From: Octopus sinensis
Lineage: Eukaryota
DNA length: 64,000 nucleotides
Assembly: GCF_006345805.1 (NCBI RefSeq)
Contig: NC_043005.1
Location: 31,806,001-31,870,000, forward strand
Reading direction: 5' to 3'
The notes under the pieces are model-generated. The model searched no databases. It was given only the letters and a program-made list of their open reading frames with translations, and had not been told where the DNA came from. Below are positions 15,070 to 26,447 of this stretch, in pieces. The position numbers and the translations under genes were made by a program. The first letter of the stretch is position 1, and every line of letters begins with the position of its first letter.

Positions 15070-15202
15070 ATTCCGCCGAGGTCGACTTTGCCTTTCATCC
15101 TTTCGGGGTCGATAAATTAAGCACTAGTTGCGTACTGGGGTTGATCTAATCGACTGGCCCCCTCCCCCAAACTTTCGAGCCTTGTGCCTAGAGTAGAAAA
15201 GA
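15070..15202 (+). mobile_element. 5'-truncated SINE family B with 15-bp TSD
   Basis: Family B 3' body flanked by perfect ACTATATATCACACT at 15055-15069 and 15203-15217. Confidence 0.9.
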
Positions 15203-16540
15203 ACTATATATCACACTGTATTAGTGCACGACACCAAGGTGCCATATACAGAAACCACAAAGTTACAAAAGTTATAAACCCATAAAGTTATAAAACTTTA
15301 TGTCTGTATCGCCTTTAGACCCGAAAGACGGTGAATATGTTATACTAGAACTGAGGTGCCTCAATCGCGATGAATAAAACTCTTATGTCATACATGTCAA
15401 CCAGTTTCAAGATTTCAAGCATTCCAATCTGCAGCCAATTGTTCATCATTGCTACGGAAGAATCTTTTTCTTTGGAACTGCATTGCTTGCAAGCAATCTT
15501 TATCCTGCGCTCATGATTTTTGTCCTTTTGTGAGATGTGGAAACTACTCTTTTTTGGACGAGCAGCCTCTTGGTTTGAGCGTTGTTCTCATCAAAGCAGT
15601 ATTAGGTTTGACTGGAGTTTCTTGTGAAATACTAGTACTCCTGATAAGCTACGGAAATGCCTGCTTTTAGAGCACACCATATGTTTTCAGCGATGTTATA
15701 TGGTTCCAGACTAGTGGGAGATGGTTTTTCAACCAAATTCTGCTGAAATTGTTACACTTTTGCTGGATCTGAGTTCCAGTGTTGATTTTCCGCTGTTATT
15801 GTTTCTACTATCAATGCCACGTATGTAGCAGATGCTTATATAGCTGTATTGATATTGTTGTTTCAAGGAAGAAAGCTTTTCCCCTTTTTTATCCTCGCTC
15901 ACCGCCATCCTCTGCTTCCAAAATACACTGCGACATTTCAGGACATGTTACACAAAAAATGTTTGTAATCGTATTTCTTTTTCTTTTGTTTATTTTTTTT
16001 TGTTCTTTCTCATGATGATTTTTCTATTAATGGTGAATCTAATGGAGAATCTGCTTTGTCTTTTATATTTCCAAGAGTGATAAAGTAAAAACTTGTCAAG
16101 TCCTGACAATCGATATAATTGACTGTACCCGTACTTCATAGTTTGTCATCCTGTATATCATTAAAAGCGGTGGATCAGAAAAAGGGAACAGAGACTAATT
16201 GATTGCCCAGCAATATTCAGTTATTCTATGTTCTAAGTTCAAATCTTGTCGACATCAATTTTACGTTTCATCCTTCTGAAATTAATAAAATAAATACAAG
16301 TACTGGATCAATATAATTAATTTAATCTTCTTTCAAAATTTCCAATCTAACTTGTACAAGTGTCAGAAATAATTGATAATAATCATTTTATTTCATTGAT
16401 TCTTGATGGCGTCATTTAAATGTGGTTGTTATCACAGTTGTTGTTGATATTGTTGTTATTGTTGTTGTTGCTGTTGTTGCTGCTGCTGCTGTTGATGTTT
16501 TGTTGATGTTGTTGTTACTAGTTTTCGTTTTTATTGTTAC

Positions 16541-16765
16541 TCTTTTACTCTTTTACTTGTTTCAGTCATTTGACTGTAGCCATGCTGGAGCACCGCCTTT
16601 AGTCGAGCAAATCAACCCCAGGACTTATTCTTTGAAAGCCTAGTACTTATTCTATCGGTCTCTTTTGCCGAACCGCTAAGTTACGGGGACGTAAACACAC
16701 CAGCAACGATTGTCAAGCGATGTTGGGGGAACAAACACAGACACACAAACATATACACACACACA
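16541..16765 (-). mobile_element. SINE family A, 3' half
   Basis: Reverse complement of the family A tail and 3' body, ending in a TA/CA microsatellite. Confidence 0.85.
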
Positions 16766-17050
16766 CATATATATATATATACATATACATATATAGAATA
16801 ATTATATATGTATATAATTAATATTGTATATATATATACATATATTACATATATATATATGTATGTATATGTATATATATATATATATGAATATGCATGT
16901 ATATGTGTGTGTTCACATGTATTACGTGCATGTGTGAATATATATTTATACTAAATATATATATGGGCTCTGTATAAAATGACAGGCTCTACAGTGGAGA
17001 AACTGGGTAAATTATCAAGCTCAATATACGATACAGGAAAGGATTTATTT

Positions 17051-17755
17051 GGTGCGCATTGATGCCGTCGAGAGGTAGACCCCGAAACTGCGCGCATTCT
17101 CTCCTGATGACCCCATACACTTGTTGGCTTCCGGTATGCGGAGTTTTTGACTGGTAGCACTTGCATGTGCAAGTTGTTTGCAAGACATCTAAGACCTTGT
17201 GGTAGGTAACCATTGACAAACCGAAAAGACGGTTAGGCATCTTGGAAAGACGAGTGGACTGCTCGGAAAGACGAGCGGAAAATAGGAAAGAATATCGACA
17301 CCAGGAAAGACTGGCGGAGGCTGCGGACTTACGATCCTCGCCTTTGTAATATATTGTAACAGATATGAATGGAAATGACAGCCCCACGATTGACCGAGAG
17401 GGGGGAGTCGAGAATCAATCAAACCCAGTCAGCACGGAAATGACCTTGGAAACGAGTACGTAAAGTCAATACCACCATGACCGATATCCAATCTACAGTG
17501 GAGAAGGCTAGCCACTGGATTTGGTTAAAAAGAGACGATGAGCGATGGCTAGAAGGATATTGAGCTTTATTTGATAACCAGTTGATCTAGCAAGCGGGAC
17601 CTCATATCAGTGAGGGGGGCCGGTGCGCATTGATGCCGTCGAGAGGTAGGCCCCGAAACGACGCGCATTCTCTCCTGATGACGCTATACACTTGCTGGCT
17701 TTCGGTATGCGGAGCTTTTGACTGGTAGCACTTGCATGTGCAAGTTGTTTGCAAG
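17051..17755. repeat. 134-bp direct repeats (17051-17184 and 17622-17755) flanking a unique core
   Basis: Both copies run GGTGCGCATTGATGCCGTCG...GCAAGTTGTTTGCAAG with few mismatches. Confidence 0.9.
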
Positions 17756-17990
17756 TCACCTAATTATTTCACTTCTCTATTCCCATAATTTATTAAACAG
17801 TCTATTGTTTTTACACATCATCACCATTTTTCGTATTTTGCATGGGTATGTCTGCATTATCATTATTTCTATTAATTTATGACTAACTATATTTTTTTCA
17901 TAACTGTTTATATATTTTAACTGTTCATTGTATTCTTGCTGTTTTTATATTTTCTTTTTGTTTTAAATATAATATATCTCTATGTGCATC

Positions 17991-18102
17991 CTTCCCTGAA
18001 GAAACTCTCACTTGTAGTAATTAACCAAATTAATTTAGTTAAATTAAATTAAATTTGGTTAATTTTTATGCTGCAAGTGATGAATTGAACCAATTGTAGG
18101 TC
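17991..18102 (+). ncRNA. Degenerate hammerhead-like motif with long stem II
   Basis: CTGAAGA (17996-18002), a long AT-rich hairpin, GAACC instead of GAAAC at 18087-18091, then AATTGT-A. Stem I is only 2 bp. Confidence 0.35.
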
Positions 18103-18183
18103 TGGTCTTGTCAAAGATAATAAACTTTTATTAATCTTATTCCCATCTTCTCTCTCTTGTGCGTGTGTGTGTGTGTGTGTGTG

Positions 18184-18217
<34 letters not shown>

Positions 18218-18289
18218 AGTATATATAAGTTAGTTTATATTCTGTTAATAACGTAGTAGAATACTGTATAAAGCTCGTCCACCTTCAGA

Positions 18290-18650
18290 TTTCACCCAGC
18301 GCTATCCAACAGTAGTATTATACCTACTGCCAGATTTGCGTTGGGACTTCTGTAATTGAATATGTTGGAGTCTACAAGGAGTACAGAGGAACATTTATAT
18401 GTTATCATTACAATTGTTTTTATGCAACGTAGTTCTCCAGGTTTCTTCGCTAGTTCTAGTAGTGATTCAGTAATAAGAACAAGGTCATTGGCGTAGAGGA
18501 ACTCCCAATGGCAGCCAGTCTTAAATTCCTCTATTACAACCTGGAGGATTATGATAAATAACAGGGGCTAAGACCCGATCCCTATTGGACTCCTACTTGT
18601 ATACTAAATTCCTTGCTACACTCATTAGTGACTAAGAGCTTCCCGTACAT
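18290..18650 (-). mobile_element. RTE-type LINE reverse transcriptase fragment
   Basis: Minus translation QVGVQ*GSGLSP / LLFIIILQ...EEFKTGCHWEFLYANDLVLI matches the QG and YADD regions of RT. Confidence 0.75.
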
Positions 18651-20219
18651 TAGGGTGGAGCGAAAAATGCAACTTTCGAAATTGGTAACCAAGAATCGAT
18701 ATTTTGTTGCGAGTTATAGTTAAAAGAAAGGTGTATAAAGAACTTTCCGGTTAAATATTTTTTTCAGGGAAATTTTTAAAATTGCTAATTTTTGGTCGAC
18801 TTTTGGATTTCATAGATTGTAAGTCGTAAGGAATACATATTTCTACATAGCAGAATGCAAAACAGTAAATATAGTATCCCTAAAAGGTTGCATACCAAGT
18901 TTCAATACAATTTACTAATTTCTTGAAGTCTCGCATTGGCTACAAAGACAATGGGGTGTGAACTTCTCTCCAGTGCCGCTACAACGGTCGTTGCGTGTGG
19001 ACGTACATCGCACGAGTGTTAAGTTTTCTGCTTTGTTCCTTGAATTTAGGCAATTGTATTAAAATTAATGATCGTGTAAAATTCAGTGTTGTTTACATTT
19101 AGTGATGACTCATAAGCCATGATATTGAATGCACAATATTTTGCACTCCATGTGATGTTAGCAAGCGAATTTTGCCGTCTTTCAAGAACGTACTAAAATG
19201 TGTTTTATTTGAACAAGAAAAAAAGAATGTAGTTGAGAAAGATCCTTCAAATAGACAAATTCTCAAGATTGCAACAAAACAGATAATTCTTCTTTGACAA
19301 AAGGCACCCATTCTTTGTGTTACGATTGAGTCAGTTAAACCGAAATATTTTAACTTTTATGTAAAATACCAAGCGTTACTAAAATCTGTGAAAAATAGAA
19401 AAAAATGTGCCATTGTTTCAAACAAAGTATAATGTGTTTAAAAACAATGCAATAAAAATTTATTTGACATTTCCTGTTGCACGTGCAACTCCTTTAAAAA
19501 ACTGCAGTTGTACTAGAATCAAAAATGTACCACAGAGTGAACAAGATTTTTTTACAGGATCAATGGGACAGATCAAAAAATGATCATTGGTGGAATAGAT
19601 CAAGCAGTATCTAAACAGAATGTTCAGAGGTTGATTAAAAAGAATCGGCCAGATCACAGTTGCCCTTCTACGTCAGCAAAGGTTTTTGGTTTAAGATTTT
19701 GGTTTAACTAACTCGTTCGTAACACAAGAGATGGATGCCTTTTGCCATAGAAGAATTATCTTTTCTGCTGCAATCTTGATAATTTGTTTTAATGTGTGTG
19801 TAATCTATACCTCATGTAAAACATATATTCGGTGACCTCGTATTAAAAATAATAAAGAAAAGAAAATCGAAAAGTATATCTTTTTTACATAATTTCGAAA
19901 TTTCAAGTGCGTTGCGGAGCTTGAAGATATAAATTTTAGAGTTTCAGATTTTAACACTTTTGTTTTTAAAGGATTTTGCAAAAGGAAGTTGATTTGTAAC
20001 AATGAAGGTAAAAAATAAAATGAGGAACAGCAAACGTGTTATAAATTGCTTTTTCGCTCATTATTCAAAATTTCAAGTGGGCGTCGGAGCCTGAAGATAT
20101 AAATTTAAGAACTTCAAATTTTAACACAGTTTTTTTTAAAGGATTTCGCAATAAAAGATATATTGTTAAATACATATTTCGAAAATCTGTGTAAAAGGTA
20201 CCTTTTTCACTCCACCCTA
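18651..20219. mobile_element. Non-autonomous DNA transposon remnant with 17-bp TIRs, superfamily unassigned
   Basis: TAGGGTGGAGCGAAAAA at 18651-18667 versus the reverse complement of 20203-20219 (16/17). Subterminal ~95-bp direct repeats at about 19895 and 20065 (period 170). It truncates the RTE fragment. Confidence 0.65.
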
Positions 20220-20467
20220 GTCCACATCCTTTCTCTCTGTCGTGGGTATGCGAAGTAGTAATATCCACTCAATATATACCATAGCCACCCACCCACTCTA
20301 TCAATCTCTCTCTCTTTCCCTCTCTTTCGCTCTCTCTCTCTCTCACACACAAGCACGCACGCACAAACGCGCACGAATACACACACGCATACACATTTAT
20401 ATATATGAAATAATCAAATATTTTCGTTTTCAAAATATCGTTCGCATAATGTATATATAAATGTTAT

Positions 20468-20685
20468 GTGAACGTGGTTATATGGTAAGAAGCTTGCTTC
20501 TCAACCACACGGTTCCAGGTTCAGTCTCACTGCGTAGCACCTTTGTTTGGCAAGTGCCTTTTACTATAGCCTCGGGTCGATTAAATATTTGTGAGTGGAT
20601 TTGGTAGACGGTAACTGAAAGAATCCGTTATATATATATACATATATATATATATACATATATATATATACATATAAATATATAC

Positions 20686-20739
<54 letters not shown>

Positions 20740-20900
20740 TGTGTGTGTGTAGGTAGGTATGTATGTATATACACACACGCGCAAGGAATAAGTCTTACAA
20801 AGAATAAGTCCTGAGGTTGATTCCTTCGAATAAAAGCTTTTAGGGCGGCGCTCCAACATGGCCGCTATCAAATGACTGAAACAAGTGAAAGAATAAGAGA
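20468..20900 (+). mobile_element. SINE family A
   Basis: Head, body, central TA/GT microsatellite and tail are colinear with other copies. Confidence 0.8.
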
Positions 20901-21089
20901 ATATGTAGTTTCACTTTTCCCTATTACAAACTCTTATTTTCTTTTTCAAGTAAAGGATAACATTTTACTGATTTCGTCGATCTAAAAAATGTAAACAAAC
21001 ATACTCGAGCGCATACACATTCATACACTCACACAAGCTTATGTATGCACATGCATAGGTGTATATAAATATGTATGCGTATATGTAAG

Positions 21090-21129
<40 letters not shown>

Positions 21130-21189
21130 CTGAGACAGACGGACAGACAGACAAAAAGAGAGAGCGCGGGAGATATGTCTATAAAATAA

Positions 21190-21221
<32 letters not shown>

Positions 21222-21242
21222 ATTATGTATGTATGTATGTAT

Positions 21243-21368
<126 letters not shown>

Positions 21369-21439
21369 GTGCAGATTTGTATGTTTTGTTTTATGTATGT
21401 ATTCTCATACACATATCTGGACATGCTCGTATATATTTA

Positions 21440-21830
21440 AATGAGTTTCTGGAAAGTTTTACTGAATTTTACAATTCCAGTGATGGATTGGATCTATAGT
21501 CTTAGAATTAGCTTTCTTCTTTCTGGTTTTGAGAAGCCTAATTTCTGAAGATTGGTATTTAGGCAGTGTGTTACATTTTCTAGAGCCCCAATAATTACAG
21601 GTATAAACTTGAACTTGTAATCTGTATAGAGTAACTACAGATTTCTCAATAGTTAGGCATAGGTGTTCTCTTTTCCACTGATCTTCAGCTTTATGTTAAC
21701 ATCCGCTGGGCAGCTTATTTCCACAACTGTAAAGTTTCTCTTCTTCATCTCAAATCATTATATCAGGTCTGTTGTGCTTATATTTTATTGAGGTCTTCTT
21801 TGGGTTATTCCACCAGTACTCCTTTTCATT
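21440..21830 (-). mobile_element. RLE-type LINE 3' fragment (PD-(D/E)xK endonuclease)
   Basis: Minus translation EYWWNNPKKTSIKYKHNRPDIMI*DEEEK..VVEISCPADVNI; decayed. Confidence 0.7.
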
Positions 21831-22083
21831 ATGAGTAGCAATGTATATTCGCATGTATGTACATATGTATGTACAGTAATACCTCATTTTACGAGGACCC
21901 GCTTTACGAAACCCCAGGTTACGAGTTTTATTTTATAATAAATATAAAGATCCAAATTTTGAACAAAATGCAAAGGTTTTTACTACTCTAACAAATCCTT
22001 CTGGTGTTTCTGCATCTTATCGAGAAATTTATATTTGCAAATGTACAACCTTCCAGATTTCTGAGTACCTTATTTTTTCTCAC

Positions 22084-22157
<74 letters not shown>

Positions 22158-22159
22158 CT

Positions 22160-22568
22160 GGAAGATCCTGGAAGGAATCGTGCCAAATTTTGGCATTGTA
22201 AGCTACACCAATGCTAGAACGGGACGACACTACATAGTGCCAAAGATCCCAGCAATGCCATCACGCTTCAGGACCAGCTTCTGCAACAGCCTGGGTTTCA
22301 AGGGCCCACAGCTTTTTAATATTCTCCCAAACAGTCTGAGGAACTTGCACAAAGTAGATGTAGCGGTTTTTAAATCAAAGCTGGACATCTTCCTGTCAAG
22401 AGTCCCAGATGAACCTACCTCACGGCAAGAGGTGCAAATGAGAGTAGCTATATCAAACTCCATTCTTCACCAAGTGCCACATATTAGACGAGGTTCTTCG
22501 TAATAACAATGTAGCACAAAACGGCGGTGCATCAGCATGGCCGCAGCTCTGAGCTGAAACTAGAAAAA

Positions 22569-22577
<9 letters not shown>
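22160..22577 (+). mobile_element. CR1/L2-group LINE 3' end with A tail
   Basis: WKILEGIVPN...GPQLFNILPNSLR...FKSKLDIFLSRVPDEP is typical of CR1-group ORF2 C-termini; it is followed by a short UTR and an A-run. Confidence 0.8.
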
Positions 22578-22644
<67 letters not shown>

Positions 22645-22869
22645 CTTTACATAGACCTACACATGTTTCAACCGCATCGATTAGTAACCGTTGTAGTCGC
22701 AACCCTACTATAAAACCGATGCAGTTTCTTGAGTGTATTTATTTAATATTCTTCAATTTAACTGCTTGAAATTTTTCGTTTATCTTCGTTGCGTTGTATG
22801 ATGTAAAATTGTTCCTTAAGTTAGACGCGAAATATCTTCAATTCACTTATAGTCCGTTATTTAAAAACA

Positions 22870-23145
22870 TTCTGTTGTTTAAATGCGTATTATTAATTTA
22901 TACTGAGCAAGCATCTCGAAGCTTCTTGTCTAGATTTTATTACATTACTCTTAGATGTAAAAATTTGGTAAAATTCTCCTAAACAAAAGTCACATTTTTT
23001 AGTTCCAGGTCTGTATGGTTTTGCAGTACAGATTAATTCCCAATTGAAAGTAAAGTCTTTATTTCTATCTTTAACAGACCAGATTAATTTACTAAGACTT
23101 ATTTGGAATCTTTTATTTTTATCTCTAAATGAGCTCAAATGATTT
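22870..23145 (-). mobile_element. Penelope-like element, GIY-YIG C-terminal fragment
   Basis: SLSKLIWSVKD...FNWELI..AKPY..GTKKCDFCL...KSRQE is the Cys-containing C-terminal region seen in PLE endonucleases. Confidence 0.75.
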
Positions 23146-23473
23146 GTCAGTCTCCTCTTAAAAATTTATGATGTCTGCATATATATATGTGTGTATGTGT
23201 TTGTGTGCATTTATATGTACATATATATGTATGTTTGTGTGTATGTGAGTGTGTGCGTGTGCGTGTATGTATACACAAACACACATCATGTGAGCGATAA
23301 TTTTCAACCGTGATGTTTCAGTTGTACTTGATACATCAAGTGCTTGAATTTTGTGTATGTACATACAATTACAAGATTACTGACATGTATTAATGGTTTT
23401 CCCTATTGTGTTGATATGCCATTTTCTGACATTAGTAAAACTGTCGGTATTTTTGATGACACGGGTATGCTAG

Positions 23474-23474
<1 letters not shown>

Positions 23475-23565
<91 letters not shown>
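23475..23565. repeat. (GATA)n microsatellite
   Basis: Pure GATA run. Confidence 0.95.
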
Positions 23566-23567
<2 letters not shown>

Positions 23568-23886
23568 TGGAAGACCGAGATGAATGAGGAAAGCGTGTGG
23601 AAACAGTCTTGGGGTGTCCAATGGGATGACCTAGATTTTATATATATATATCAATAAAATCAAAACCCCTTGTCCAATTTTCTTAAAATTAATATCGAAT
23701 ATGTCGAATTATGTATCCCCATGCTTCGTGTGCTTTTCGTCTAAATCGGTGTATATTTAAAGTGGAAATGAAGAAAAACACGTTTAAATAGTGTTTCTTT
23801 TTATTATTCAAGTTAACAAGATACTGCTTTCCCCATGTGATATGTGATTTTGAAATGTTTTTTCATTAATTACAGGAAATATAGAA

Positions 23887-24195
23887 ATGGGTCAAAGTAA
23901 ATCTATAACATCAAAGGAGAAGAAAGAAATAGTTAAACTACTGGGAGAAGGGGATACAACAATTTTAATTTCTAGAAAGCTAAATAGTGATCACAGAACA
24001 AAAAAAAAAACAGGTACAAAACAGTGAGAGATTAAGAATAAAGAAGAAAACTGTTTTCAAGAACATCATAAATAGAAATAAGAGAAACACAAAAGAATTA
24101 TATGCTGGAAATTTGGGTTAAACAGCAAACAAATCTTTGAAGAAGCAGGAATCTCTAACATACAAAGGAAAAAACGTTGCACAATACTAAAAGAA
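23887..24195 (+). mobile_element. Tc1-like transposase N-terminal (paired HTH) remnant
   Basis: ATG at 23887 gives MGQSKSITSKEKKEIVKLLGEGDTTILISRKLNSDHRT, resembling Tc1-family N-termini; frameshifted afterwards. Confidence 0.6.
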
Positions 24196-24844
24196 ATATG
24201 TTATTGTTTACTTCACATTTTTATGTACGTTGTGTGAACGATAATATTTTGAAAACAAGTATTTAATTTCATATATATATATATATATATAATTGTGTGT
24301 GTGCACGCATGTGTAAGAGAGAGAGGGGGAAGAGAGAGAGGGTGTGTGTGTGTGTGTGTGTGACTGAGTGAGTGTGTGTGTGTGACTGAGTGAGTGTGTG
24401 TGTGTGTGTGTGTTAGAGAGAGAGAGAGAGAGAGAGTGATAAAGTGAATGAAATTTACGATAAAAATTCAGTGTTTATCAACGTCTCTCTCCCTGCCACC
24501 CACTCTCCGTCTGTTGTTTTACTCTTATTTCCCTACAACATGACCGACAGAGAACACTTTGCGTTTTATTATATTATGGTTCAAATGTACAGAAAACAAG
24601 ACGGGTGAGGGAAAAATGGTAAAGTCTTTAACGTTTCGATCCTTCATTTCTAGCCATTTTATACACTAACCACTCGTGATGGTTACTGTACATTGTGTAG
24701 CCAAACGAGGAACTGCCTTTATTTCAACAACTGCTGATGTAAATATTCAATGGAACATTTAGATATTCTACAATGTCACTTGTAGCAAATATTCTTTTTC
24801 TAAAATTCCTCTCTATGTTCCATAGGATTATGTGTACACTATCT

Positions 24845-24995
24845 TAGACAGACAAACAGACAGACAGCCATACACACAGCCGGACGGATTGACGGACGGA
24901 CAGACGGGCGGACGGACAGACGGGCGGACGGACAGACGGGCGGACGGACAGACGGGCGGACGGATGGATGGAAGGATGGATAGACAGATAGATTT
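24845..24995. repeat. Compound (GACA/GACG/GGAC/GATA)n tetranucleotide microsatellite
   Basis: Directly abuts the 3' end of the Tx1-like LINE. Confidence 0.9.
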
Positions 24996-25238
24996 CTTTA
25001 TTAGCCGAACACAGAGGGGACAATACAATGTAGAACTTTTCTTTTCGAAAGAAAGAAAGAAGAAAAGAAAAAAAGAAAAATGTTTCCGATCAAAAGGGAT
25101 CGCAAGCGTTTGTGACGTGTAAACAGTAAAATAATGGGGAGTAGAAATGTAAAACAGATAAGGTTTATCTATGGAAAGAAAAGCCTACGAAAAAGGCCAC
25201 GATAACCTCTGGCAGCGAAAGAAACACATGAGAGCAAA

Positions 25239-25307
<69 letters not shown>

Positions 25308-26304
25308 TTTATAGGATCATGTTCGAAGTGTTTTCGTCATTCACGCGTACCATCTTTGCTACATTCACCCACCTTTTATTGAAATTTTCATGAGACAAAA
25401 CTTGCCTCTCTATTCTCACCTTCCTTTTCAAGTGGTACTTGAAAAAGTTAATGAGCAATTGGCCAGAGAGGAAACTGTTTCTCTCGAAACCTTTCACACG
25501 AGTCCACCACACATATTCTTTCACCATAGCCACCAGTACAATGAAAACTGCCTTGCCAACCCGGTTAAAGGAAGGTGGCGGGGCAATATTCACGATAGAC
25601 TCGGTCGATAACCGAATTCGTCATACATGTGACAGCAGCGTTCGACATAAACCCGAAAGTCTGAAATGGTTGGACACTGCACGAGTGTGTGCAGAACAGT
25701 TTCGTCGCTCTGACCGCATCTTGAGCAAGTCGGTCCGGTCTATCCCGAACCGTGCATGTAGAGCTTATCCCTGCCAGACCAGGGATCTCTGGTGACTGCC
25801 CATAGGTCCCGGCCCGAAAGTTGTCAGGAGTTCCCCGTCGACGCCCAGATTCTCCCCAAGTACATCGTCGCACTTCCCCTCCACTAATACTCTATAGAAC
25901 GCCTTCGTGGAATTGAAGTAGCACAAGTTTGGTCCTGGATGGCAGAGTTGCTCGAGAGCAAGGCGGCATTCGCAGTGCCACTCGCCTAGCCGCGGTCTCT
26001 GTTTGATCCTTGACTGCAGTTCGGCCAAGGAGACGAGCTGCAGGAAAGTGCGTCTCACAAACGGCGACCACACTTGTTCACCGTTGTCTGTGAAGTGGCA
26101 GAGATGTTGCAGTCTTAGCGCATGTCTGCGCATCATCAACCACGACATGCCCAGCCCTCCATTTAGCGGGTGTTGGCAGCAAATGGATCGCCTAACCATC
26201 GGAACGCTTCCCTTCCACAAAAAGCGGAAGAGTATGCGTTCCAGTTTGGTGATGGTATGGTCGGGACAAGGCACGGCGATCAAACGGTGATAGATGATGA
26301 CCAT
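24991..26304 (-). mobile_element. Tx1/L1-clade LINE, 5'-truncated (post-RT region, Cys-rich region, 3' UTR)
   Basis: LERILFRFLWKG...HPLNGGLGM and YHLKRKVRIERQVL. The 3' UTR contains (CT)n and ends in AATAAAGAAATC. Homologous to 37782-38975. Confidence 0.8.
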
Positions 26305-26369
26305 ATGGCGTAGTGGTTAAGAGCGCGGGCTACTAACCCTAAGATGCCGAGTTCAGTTCCAGGTAGTGA

Positions 26370-26373
<4 letters not shown>
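26301..26373 (+). promoter_or_regulatory. tRNA-like Pol III promoter head of the tRNA-(AAT)n-hammerhead module
   Basis: A box TGGCGTAGTGG at 26306-26316, anticodon-like arm GGG-CTACTAA-CCC, B-box variant GTTCAGTTCC at 26351-26360. Confidence 0.75.

Positions 26374-26443
<70 letters not shown>

Positions 26444-26447
<4 letters not shown>

Noticed and set aside
15420-15790. pogo/Tc1-like transposase remnant on the minus strand
   Set aside because: Fragments such as PYNIAENIWCALK and YCFDE are suggestive but out of expected order and broken by stops.
17068-17115. Hammerhead in the 134-bp repeats (GTC-GAGAG..GAAAC..CTCTC-CTGATGA)
   Set aside because: The core words are present, but their order and spacing fit no type I, II or III topology, and stem II cannot form.
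22714-22758. Hammerhead remnant downstream of the PLE fragment (minus strand TTGAAGA...GAAACTGCATC)
   Set aside because: At least three repairs are needed to restore the core and stems; too degenerate to call.
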